The notes below the pieces were generated by a model. The model saw only the letters and a list, made by a program, of their open reading frames with translations, searched no databases and was not told where the DNA came from. The translations under genes and the position numbers were made by a program. Positions 1 to 7,410 of a DNA stretch of 24,000 nt are shown in pieces; within the stretch, counting starts at the first letter, position 1; each line of letters opens with the position of its first letter. This stretch comes from Candidatus Bathyarchaeia archaeon (lineage in GTDB: Archaea > Asgardarchaeota > Heimdallarchaeia > JABLTI01), in contig DATKZI010000022.1 in assembly GCA_035528035.1 (NCBI GenBank), positions 3,638 through 27,637 on the forward strand, in the 5' to 3' direction.

Positions 1-814
1 CTAACCCAGGATTAAGGGAAAGATAATTAGATAATGCACTATATCCAGCTGAATTTGCCTTAATATCCGAATTATCTTGTTTTGTATATTCAACCGTGTA
101 AGAAAGAGTTGTATTAGCTACTGTTGGAGTAAACTCACCACTAATGATTTTACAACCATACATATCTTGATCCATGCTAGTTGATATAACATCTCCTGAT
201 GGACTAAATTGATAATTTTCATATAATTTTTCCGAATTTATATAATGATAAGGTACAGGGAAATAACGAGAAAGTTCTCCTCCAAGATAAGTCATTTCCA
301 TTGATGTAACGGAAAATTCACCATCACCAGTAGAAGTACTATAACCTGGATAAGTAGTAGTTGAAAAATTCCTTTCCCAAGCATCCATAGTATAAGTATC
401 ATAAGCTTCCATACGCCAATAATATTGATTATTGGAATCATAAGGTGAAACACGATACAAAATAATATCTTGACTTTCTTCAGGTATACCTTCTGTAAAA
501 AGATCCATAAAATCATCACTATCGTTATTTAAGCTCGGATCAAGATTTTGACTGGGAGCATCTCCTAGACCTGGAAAGGGCCAATTATCATCGTATTCCT
601 TATTGATTATATCATCAATGCGTTCATGACGTACATTAAAAGCTTCAAAAAGTACCGGGGTCATAATTATAGCAATCAAAAACAATGAAGGAAGAATTAT
701 TTTTGATAAATTCTCTCGAGAGAAAATCTTTCTCTTACCTTTTGCTGATTGTTCTCTAACTTTCTTAGAAGCTATATCAGACTGAGGTTTTCGATTGCCT
801 TGTGACAAATACAT
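1..814 (-). CDS. Membrane protein with transglutaminase-like architecture (partial, runs off the window edge)
   Basis: Manual minus-strand translation from ATG at 814: MYLSQGNRKPQSDIASKKVREQSAKGKRKIFSRENLSKIILPSLFLIAIIMTPVLFEAFNVRHERIDD..., one N-terminal TM segment. Later YWRMEAYDTYTMDAWER resembles the conserved segment before archaeal/bacterial transglutaminase-like domains. The catalytic domain lies outside the window. Confidence 0.6.
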   Translation of the reverse strand, partial: MYLSQGNRKPQSDIASKKVREQSAKGKRKIFSRENLSKIILPSLFLIAIIMTPVLFEAFNVRHERIDDIINKEYDDNWPFPGLGDAPSQNLDPSLNNDSDDFMDLFTEGIPEESQDIILYRVSPYDSNNQYYWRMEAYDTYTMDAWERNFSTTTYPGYSTSTGDGEFSVTSMEMTYLGGELSRYFPVPYHYINSEKLYENYQFSPSGDVISTSMDQDMYGCKIISGEFTPTVANTTLSYTVEYTKQDNSDIKANSAGYSALSNYLSLNPGL

Positions 815-874
815 CACCAATTAGTATTATAAAATATCACATTTTAATATATCAATATACTCTTTGTAACAAAT

Positions 875-1387
875 TTAACCAATATCTTTTATTATAAGTT
901 CTATCATTTTTGTAAGTTGTTCAGGGGAATTATTCGTCGTATCGATTTCTGTAATAAGATTTGGAGGCAAATTTTCTTGGAGTTTTATAAGACATTCATC
1001 CATAATTTCAGCTTGTACGTTCTCTTCAATTTTGTGTGAAGGATAATCTCGAGATGATTGTAAACGAAGACGAAGAATATGAGGATTACAACGTAGAATA
1101 ATTGCATGTTTAATAAATTCTTTTGGAACGATTTCAGCCGTATGACCTTCAATAATTAACAAATGATTCAAACGGATAATTTCATCTGTAAGATAAGAAA
1201 TAAGAAATTCTTCATCAATTATAACACTCTCTCGAGAATGGTCATAACCATAATAAAATCCATTTTTAAGAACTAATTCATTTATATTTAAAACAGTATA
1301 TCCTTTACTCTCGAGTAATTTACTTATTGTAGTTTTGCCAACTCCAGGGGTACCAGAAAGGATAAGCACTCGAGATAAACTAGACAT
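875..1387 (-). CDS. Archaeal adenylate kinase, AK6/Fap7 type
   Basis: Walker A GTPGVGKTTISKLL, IIEGHTAEI, short 170-aa P-loop kinase; typical of archaeal AK6/Fap7 proteins. Confidence 0.85.
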   Translation of the reverse strand: MSSLSRVLILSGTPGVGKTTISKLLESKGYTVLNINELVLKNGFYYGYDHSRESVIIDEEFLISYLTDEIIRLNHLLIIEGHTAEIVPKEFIKHAIILRCNPHILRLRLQSSRDYPSHKIEENVQAEIMDECLIKLQENLPPNLITEIDTTNNSPEQLTKMIELIIKDIG

Positions 1388-1456
1388 AAGGACAACCAGT
1401 AAAAGCTATAATGCGTACTGCTTTAGAATTCTTTGGTAAAAAGGAAAAAAAGAAGG

Positions 1457-1810
1457 TTAGGAACCAAGCTCAATTGACAAGAGATCATCACTGTTTTCAA
1501 TCACTTGTACTGCTTCAGATGGAGCAACAACAGTATATTGAGATTCATTAGCTAATGATGATTTTTTGAAAAATTTCTTTGATTCCGGTAATCCTCGATT
1601 CCATTTAAAGAATTCAAGTCCTATGAAATTATCAAAATCGATTACTAACATAGTTTGTTTAATTAATTCTGCTTCTTCTTCAGGAGTCAATCCATTTTCC
1701 AATATGAGGACCCTGTTTTGTCTAACTAATCGAATGATCATTTTGATTTTTTCAAAAGTGGTAAGCTTATTAGTAACATTCTTGGTAATAAAATCAATAT
1801 AGTACTTCAT
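1457..1810 (-). CDS. DUF2073 / OapB(ArvB)-like protein
   Basis: 117 aa, LTTFEKIKMIIRLVRQNRVLILENGLTPEEEAELIKQTM...; family resemblance plus position directly downstream of an Era-like GTPase. Confidence 0.65.
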   Translation of the reverse strand: MKYYIDFITKNVTNKLTTFEKIKMIIRLVRQNRVLILENGLTPEEEAELIKQTMLVIDFDNFIGLEFFKWNRGLPESKKFFKKSSLANESQYTVVAPSEAVQVIENSDDLLSIELGS

Positions 1811-1820
1811 TTATCTCACC

Positions 1821-2429
1821 TCAAGAATTCGCTATAATAGCATCATATAATGCTTCAATATTATCCCCTGTTTTAGCAGAGACTGAAACAATAGTTTGAT
1901 CACTAAATGTTTGTCGAACTAACTCAGGTCGTGAATCAGGCAAATCAATTTTATTAGCAATAATTATTATTGGAATTTTTTGCAATTGTAAATTACCAAT
2001 AATAGTTAAATTAACTTGTTCAAAGGGTGTTTTAGTTGAATCAAGAATAACTAAAGCTACATCAACCTGATCAATCATTTTAATTGCCTCAAGGATCCCT
2101 TTAGTAGCCTCTTTTGCTCGTTGGATAGCTTCAGCTTCAGTAAGACCAAATTTAACAAAATTGCGATAATCAACAGTTGAAGCAATTCCAGGCATATCCA
2201 TTAATGTAAAATTTAATTCATAGCCATCACGTTTAAGGTTAGCATTTTCAAGCTTGATAACTTTACGGGTTTCATGAGGAATTTCAGAAACAGGTCCTAA
2301 ATCATCATAACCAAGATCATTAGCTATTCGATTTGCTAATGTAGTTTTACCGGCATTGACTTCACCATAGAAAGCAAGCCTAATATTTTTCTTCTTCTTC
2401 CGAGAAATGATTTTGGAAATCCAACTCAT
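1821..2429 (-). CDS. Era/Ras-superfamily small GTPase (OapA/ArvA-like)
   Basis: G1 GEVNAGKTT, G3 DMPG, G4 NKID, G5 SAKTG; 202 aa; followed 10 bp later by the DUF2073-like gene. Confidence 0.85.
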   Translation of the reverse strand: MSWISKIISRKKKKNIRLAFYGEVNAGKTTLANRIANDLGYDDLGPVSEIPHETRKVIKLENANLKRDGYELNFTLMDMPGIASTVDYRNFVKFGLTEAEAIQRAKEATKGILEAIKMIDQVDVALVILDSTKTPFEQVNLTIIGNLQLQKIPIIIIANKIDLPDSRPELVRQTFSDQTIVSVSAKTGDNIEALYDAIIANS

Positions 2430-2539
2430 AACTCACAACAATCCTCCATTAAATATAGATAAAATAAGAGCAGAAGTAAAAATAAGGAGTATTATTATCT
2501 ACATATTTCCCTAATAAGATTAGTAATCTAAATTCATAT

Positions 2540-2875
2540 ATTCACAAAAAAAATGTATACATATGAACACTGTATACACATTAAAACAAGAAATACATGT
2601 AATTTTGTGAATTAATCAGATAATTATTTTAAAAAAATAGGTTAATTTAGATAAAAAATTTATTTTATTTATAAATAGAAGGTAAAATATAGTCTGTTTT
2701 TAATATTAATTTTAAAACATATTCTATTCACAAAGTATAGTTCTATTTTTGTGAAATAAGAGTAAAATAGCACAATATTTGTGAATAAAGAAGGATTTTA
2801 AGACCTTATTTTTAAAAAATAAGGATTTTATTCAAATATTTTGTGAATTCACAACTTTTCTGTGAATATGTGAAT
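2540..2875. repeat. Cluster of short TGTGAAT / ATTCACA repeats in both orientations
   Basis: Exact 7-mers at 2540, 2606, 2726, 2780, 2842, 2847, 2861 and 2869, including the 14-bp palindrome TTGTGAATTCACAA at 2841-2854. Confidence 0.85.
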
Positions 2876-2906
2876 AAAAAGACGATTTTAGAAGTTTATA
2901 ATGATA

Positions 2907-2930
2907 TTCCAGTAGAAATAAAGGGGTTTT
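2907..2930 (+). promoter_or_regulatory. ORB-like element 1
   Basis: TTCCAGTAGAAATAAAGGGGTTTT; close to my recollection of the archaeal origin recognition box (TCCAGTGGAAACRAAGGGGT). Confidence 0.75.
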
Positions 2931-3052
2931 TAAAAATGAAATTAACATTTTGTTAAAAAATACACTAGTTTTTATGTCAGTTTTATTATCTAATATTTTT
3001 TTAGATCACCTGTTCACAACTATACACAATATTGTATTTTAAGAAATGACTA

Positions 3053-3075
3053 ACTCCCCTCTATTTCCAATGGAG
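3053..3075 (-). promoter_or_regulatory. ORB-like element 2
   Basis: Minus-strand reading CTCCATTGGAAATAGAGGGGAGT: dyad plus G-string arrangement. Confidence 0.75.
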
Positions 3076-3213
3076 ATGCTATGTTCATGTAACGTGTAAA
3101 CTCTTAGAATAATAATAATAATAAAAACTCTTGTTTGGTACTTAAGATACTATCTAATATATTAATATTTTGTCTATTTAAATAACAAATTTATAAAGTA
3201 AAAAAGTTAATAT

Positions 3214-3237
3214 TCCAATAGAAATAAACGGGTCTTA
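3214..3237 (+). promoter_or_regulatory. ORB-like element 3
   Basis: TTCCAATAGAAATAAACGGGTCTT, near-copy of element 1. Confidence 0.7.
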
Positions 3238-3360
3238 TATAGAATTAATTCAATCCCAGGATTAAATGAAAAAAAGCAATCAATAAGATCACAAAAAAGT
3301 AGGTTTTAAAATATTATCTGTATAATATCTAGATAATAAAATCAAATTTATATTAACTTA

Positions 3361-3380
3361 CCTATATTTCTATTGGAGAT
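3361..3380 (-). promoter_or_regulatory. ORB-like element 4 (weaker G-string)
   Basis: Minus-strand reading ATCTCCAATAGAAATATAGG; dyad conserved, G-string reduced. Confidence 0.55.
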
Positions 3381-3387
3381 AAAACAG

Positions 3388-3825
3388 TTGAGCAAAAGAA
3401 AAGTTAAGGTTGAAATGAGTGATGACCAAGATAATAAAATCACAATTACTTTTGAAGGTAAATTAGATGAAAAAAGCCTCAAAACCTTAATTCTATCAGC
3501 TAATAATATTTTAGGAAAAGAAGTAGCAACGTTAGGAGATAGCCCTGATGTTTCAGTTGAAGAAGCGTTAGATATGTCCTTAATAGAAAGAGTAAAATTA
3601 CTTATATCAACAGCACATGGAATGGGATCTTGGTTTACAACAAATGATTTATGTGACTCATATCATGATGTATTTTCAGCTATACTAAAAATCACTACAG
3701 CAAGCACATATTTGGCAAGATTATCTGATGAAGGATTCTTGGAGCGAAGTGGGTCCAGGAATGAAAGAAAATTCCAGATTGTTCGAGAATATCGTGAAAA
3801 ATTACCTAAAATAATTACTCAGTAA
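3388..3825 (+). CDS. Winged-helix domain protein
   Basis: ORF track starts at TTG 3373, but TTG 3388 (MSKRKVKVEMSDDQ...) or ATG 3415 are more plausible starts. C-terminal half has HTH-like LISTAHGMGSWFTTNDLCDSY...TASTYLARLSDEGFLERSGSRNERKFQI. Confidence 0.65.
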   Translation: MSKRKVKVEMSDDQDNKITITFEGKLDEKSLKTLILSANNILGKEVATLGDSPDVSVEEALDMSLIERVKLLISTAHGMGSWFTTNDLCDSYHDVFSAILKITTASTYLARLSDEGFLERSGSRNERKFQIVREYREKLPKIITQ

Positions 3826-4135
3826 AATATTCAAAAGAAGCAATATCCTGAGCAATTGAAATTTCATTTTTAAATAATTCACCTAATAATTGGAAAATTT
3901 CTTTGCCAAGATCAGAAAGAAATACTATACCAGGAGCATTACCTATTAAACCTGATTTACTAAATTCTTGGAGATATCTCGAGATAGTTATATTAGAAAA
4001 ACGGGTCCAGTTGATTAATTCATTACGTGTGCAAAAATCATTATTCGAGATTAAAGTAAAAATAAGACGAGCACTATACGTACTAAAACAATTTCGAGTA
4101 ATATTTCCTAGTATTAAATCTTGAATCATGATCAT
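3815..4135 (-). CDS. Small winged-helix/HTH protein
   Basis: TRNELINWTRFSNITISRYLQEFSKSGLIGNAPGIVFLSDLGKEIFQLL is wHTH-like; convergent with the preceding gene. Confidence 0.6.
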   Translation of the reverse strand: MIMIQDLILGNITRNCFSTYSARLIFTLISNNDFCTRNELINWTRFSNITISRYLQEFSKSGLIGNAPGIVFLSDLGKEIFQLLGELFKNEISIAQDIASFEYFTE

Positions 4136-4180
4136 CTAAAAATTAATTCAAATTAAGAGATAAAAACACAACAAAAGAAA

Positions 4181-5788
4181 TCAAAAAACACTATTTAGAA
4201 TAAATTTGATTTTATCAAAATTCTTTTGTGAAACAGAAAAATTATAGGCTTTTATTTTCTCTTTATCAAAAGTGAAAAATGATTGATTTTGTAAAATGGT
4301 TAAAAATTCAGCTAATTCACCAAGAAAGATAATTTCTTTAAATTTTAACTTAGTAATGAAATCTAAAGTACTGTGAATTATATTCATTAGTTGATTTTCA
4401 GGTAATGTAGTAACTGAAACACTTTGACTTAAAGGATAGACATCACTGATTTCAAGAGGAATTATTCCAAAATAATCATTTAAAATCCAAAATTCATAAT
4501 TCCGATTTAATTTATCATTACTTTTCATTATATTTTTTAAATTTGTAAAAAGGTCATAAAGTTCAGTAATATCCTTATTTAAAATTGATAAAACAATAAG
4601 CTTCTTTCTCTTGTTTAATTTTAATTCGGATAAACGCTTTTTGTGCAAAAGTACTTCGGGCTTTTCAAGATCAGAATCTGAAACAAAAAATAATCCTTTC
4701 TTTTTAGTGGAAGAACTATTGGGAAGAAGTAAACTCGAGTGTTTTATCAAAACATTGAATCCTTTTCGTAAATTAGGATGGACTCTTGATCTACTCTCGA
4801 GAAGATTCCATAAAGTGCCGGAAGAAATGGCTCTTCTAATATTCATAATTTCTGTTTGACAGACATATAAATTATGGGTTGCTAAAAGTTTAACTCGTTC
4901 ATTTTTCTTTAATCCCTTCATTTCAGTTGGTGAAATGGTAGAACAAATAGGACAATTACATGGGAATTCATCTAATTCATCCAAAAGAAATGTTTGGGTG
5001 TTGGTCAGATATCTATTCTCTTGAGCATAAAGTGCATAAGCAGCGGAATCAAATGAATCACAACCTGCTGCAACAATGAAAGGAAAGATAGAAGGATGGC
5101 CTGCACCAAATAAATGAACTGGTTTTTTAGGATCTAAATATTGTTTAGCAGTTAAAATTATCTCGAGTAAGGTATCATACATATAATTGTTCATGATTTC
5201 TACAACACTACCAATAGCAAACATATCAAAAATTTCTATGTGGCCAAGTTCTTGGGCTGATTTTTTCACAAGATCAATAAACTTACCACCTTGAATAGGT
5301 GCAACCCATTTTGTATTAGTATTAGATATTAAAGATGAAATATCTCGAGACCGTTCAATAGTTTTCTCAACTTTCATTTTAGCTTCAGCATAGGAATCAT
5401 TAATCGAAATGGGAATATCTAAAGGAACACCAAAATCAGAACCAATGAACTCTTGAAACTCAATAACATTCTTGGGTGTCAATTCAATTTCCCCATAAAG
5501 AAGAGATTGATAAGCACCAGAATCAGTCATAATAGGACCAGGAAAACTAGTTAGATCATGCAAATTAGTAATTTTATTTTCAAAACGTTTTCTCAAAATA
5601 TAGGAACTTGTAATAATGAAATCAACCAAATATTTATCTTGAAAAGTTTGAACATCAATAAAATTTTTAGAAGGTTCGGGGTGAACTACTGGAACAAAAC
5701 AAGGAGTCCTAATATCACCTTTAGCTGTATGAATAATACCCTTACGTGCTAATAGGTCGGTATTAGTAATTTCAAACAAGTATTTCAC
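4181..5788 (-). CDS. tgtA: tRNA-guanine(15) transglycosylase (archaeosine pathway)
   Basis: TDSGAYQS, APIQGGKF, FAIGSVVEIM, HLFGAGHPSIFPFIVAAGCDSFDSAAYALYA, zinc site CNCPIC...H. Confidence 0.93.
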   Translation of the reverse strand: MKYLFEITNTDLLARKGIIHTAKGDIRTPCFVPVVHPEPSKNFIDVQTFQDKYLVDFIITSSYILRKRFENKITNLHDLTSFPGPIMTDSGAYQSLLYGEIELTPKNVIEFQEFIGSDFGVPLDIPISINDSYAEAKMKVEKTIERSRDISSLISNTNTKWVAPIQGGKFIDLVKKSAQELGHIEIFDMFAIGSVVEIMNNYMYDTLLEIILTAKQYLDPKKPVHLFGAGHPSIFPFIVAAGCDSFDSAAYALYAQENRYLTNTQTFLLDELDEFPCNCPICSTISPTEMKGLKKNERVKLLATHNLYVCQTEIMNIRRAISSGTLWNLLESRSRVHPNLRKGFNVLIKHSSLLLPNSSSTKKKGLFFVSDSDLEKPEVLLHKKRLSELKLNKRKKLIVLSILNKDITELYDLFTNLKNIMKSNDKLNRNYEFWILNDYFGIIPLEISDVYPLSQSVSVTTLPENQLMNIIHSTLDFITKLKFKEIIFLGELAEFLTILQNQSFFTFDKEKIKAYNFSVSQKNFDKIKFILNSVF

Positions 5789-5824
5789 CAGAGATGAAAA
5801 TAGTTAGGAAGAAGATGGATAAAA

Positions 5825-6274
5825 TTAATCCTTCTTTTCTTCTTCATTTAATGATTCCATAAATTGTTCAAAGACAGCTCTAACTCTTTCAGCAACAGGA
5901 CCTGTGCCATCAACGCCAGATTCGGATACTTTAACTTTATTCAAAACCTGAATGATACGAGCATCATCAAAAACTTTTACATCAGCATCTAAGAGATTTA
6001 ATCGATTACGTAAAACTGTTGCTAAAGCATGTAAATCAAAAGGTTGTTCATTAATTAAAATTTCAGCAATAATCGGTCCTCTAAGAAAAACTTGAAAATA
6101 ATTATTTTTTCCTTCATTTACATTAGTTAAACATAAATCAAAAGTATCAGGATTCCAAGCTCTAAGCATACCATTAAAGGTTTTTCCTGTAGTAGAGACT
6201 ACAGTAATATATTTGCCGTTCAAATCAGCAAGTTCTTTATTGAAAATCCATTTTGGGGTAGTGGTTGTAGACAA
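5825..6274 (-). CDS. Sm-like (LSm) archaeal protein with C-terminal extension
   Basis: LADLNGKYITVVSTTGKTFNGMLRAWNPDTFDLCLTNVNEG...VFLRGPIIAEI matches Sm1/Sm2 motifs; ~75-aa C-terminal domain as in SmAP3-type proteins. Confidence 0.8.
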   Translation of the reverse strand: MSTTTTPKWIFNKELADLNGKYITVVSTTGKTFNGMLRAWNPDTFDLCLTNVNEGKNNYFQVFLRGPIIAEILINEQPFDLHALATVLRNRLNLLDADVKVFDDARIIQVLNKVKVSESGVDGTGPVAERVRAVFEQFMESLNEEEKKD

Positions 6275-6391
6275 CTGGTTTATCTCCTTCCATATTTTCT
6301 AATAGGATGGAAATTTTATGAGGTTAAAAAAAATTCGATTGCTTCCTTTTTGACCAAATAAAGGAGACAATCGCTCATAAACGCTCTTTTT

Positions 6392-7153
6392 TTAAAATAA
6401 ATAATCGGAATCAGTTTTTTGAGGGTTCTGTGAGATAATTCTTTGACCACATTTAGGGCAGGAATTCCAACTTAGATCAATATCAAAACCACAACGTTTG
6501 CAAAAATGTTGATTCATTTCACGTGGTTCAGGACGATAACCTTTAGATTCAAATTGGTCCTCTCGAGAGAGTTCACGCTCAGAATACTCATTTCTGTTAA
6601 AGAAGGAATTCTCAAAATAATCCTCATTGGATTCATCCTTGAAATCAGGTTCATCAAAAAGGCCTCTAACTTCTTCTTGAGGAGGTTCATCAAATAAACC
6701 TCTTGAGTTGGAAACATTGCCTTCAAAAAGATCATGGTTATTAGGTTTAATAAAGTCTCGAGATTGTTCATCTCGAGGAGAATCTCTCCTCAAATCCTGA
6801 TAATTATCACGAAAGTCCTCTTGATAGTCAAAATTATCTCGAGAAGAAACAGATGGTGAATCATAATTGGTTGGTTTATCATAGACTCTTTCTTGATTCA
6901 TAGGTTGAGATTTTTGTAATTTGAGAAACTCAACTAAAGCAACTCTTTTTTCGCAATTGCCAGCTAAAGGACATTTATTACCATCTAAATTCGAAACAGA
7001 GGAAATCTGTTCGCCATCAATAGAGAGACCATCCCTAGTAAGACGTATGCTAATACCATGACGACGCATGATATTAATTAAGTCATTAACAGAGAAAATT
7101 TGTCCATTAAGAACAAAAATACCATCAGGATTGTTATTATTGTTATTGATCAT
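6392..7153 (-). CDS. Disordered-linker protein with C-terminal double-CxxC zinc ribbon
   Basis: C-terminus CKRCGFDIDLSWNSCPKCGQRI; acidic low-complexity middle. Start probably ATG 7153 (MINNNNNNPDG...), though the ORF extends to 7195. Confidence 0.65.
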   Translation of the reverse strand: MINNNNNNPDGIFVLNGQIFSVNDLINIMRRHGISIRLTRDGLSIDGEQISSVSNLDGNKCPLAGNCEKRVALVEFLKLQKSQPMNQERVYDKPTNYDSPSVSSRDNFDYQEDFRDNYQDLRRDSPRDEQSRDFIKPNNHDLFEGNVSNSRGLFDEPPQEEVRGLFDEPDFKDESNEDYFENSFFNRNEYSERELSREDQFESKGYRPEPREMNQHFCKRCGFDIDLSWNSCPKCGQRIISQNPQKTDSDYLF

Positions 7154-7322
7154 GAGAGACACCACTACAAGAAAAGATAAACAAAATGAATACATAAAAA
7201 TGCGGTATTTCTAGATGTTATCGGAATATGGTCTCTAGTAATATAAAAAAAGTAATAATTTTGATTTCTTAACAAAACATTAAAAAGACCATTTTACTAG
7301 CAAAAATAGCAATGAATTCTTT

Positions 7323-7408
7323 GCGGGTGTAGCCCAGCGGTCAAAGGCGCAGGATTGAGGTTCCTGTCTCGCAGGAGTACGCGCGTTCAAATCGCGTCAC
7401 CCGCACCA
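7323..7408 (+). tRNA. tRNA-Leu(GAG), CCA encoded
   Basis: Acceptor GCGGGTG/CACCCGC, anticodon arm CAGGA-TTGAGGT-TCCTG, variable arm, T arm GCGCG-TTCAAAT-CGCGT, ACCA end. Confidence 0.93.
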
Positions 7409-7410
7409 AA

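Larger units (their letters stand above)
2430..3387. other. Candidate replication origin: AT-rich intergenic region with ORB-like elements
   Basis: Long non-coding AT-rich region with four ORB-like elements and a TGTGAAT repeat cluster (see findings). Confidence 0.7.

Noticed and set aside
292-519. 75-aa ORF in the ORF track at the left edge
   Set aside because: Overlaps the transglutaminase-like protein frame, whose translation (YWRMEAYDTYTMDAWER) is clearly the coding one.
3108-3125. AATAATAATAATAATA triplet run
   Set aside because: Too short to be more than low-complexity AT-rich sequence, though it could contribute to an unwinding element.
2831-3127. Possible CRISPR-like or mobile-element repeats in the 2.5-3.4 kb intergenic region
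   Set aside because: Units are only 7-9 bp with irregular spacing and orientation; no spacer-like periodicity or terminal inverted repeats. An origin/regulatory array fits better.
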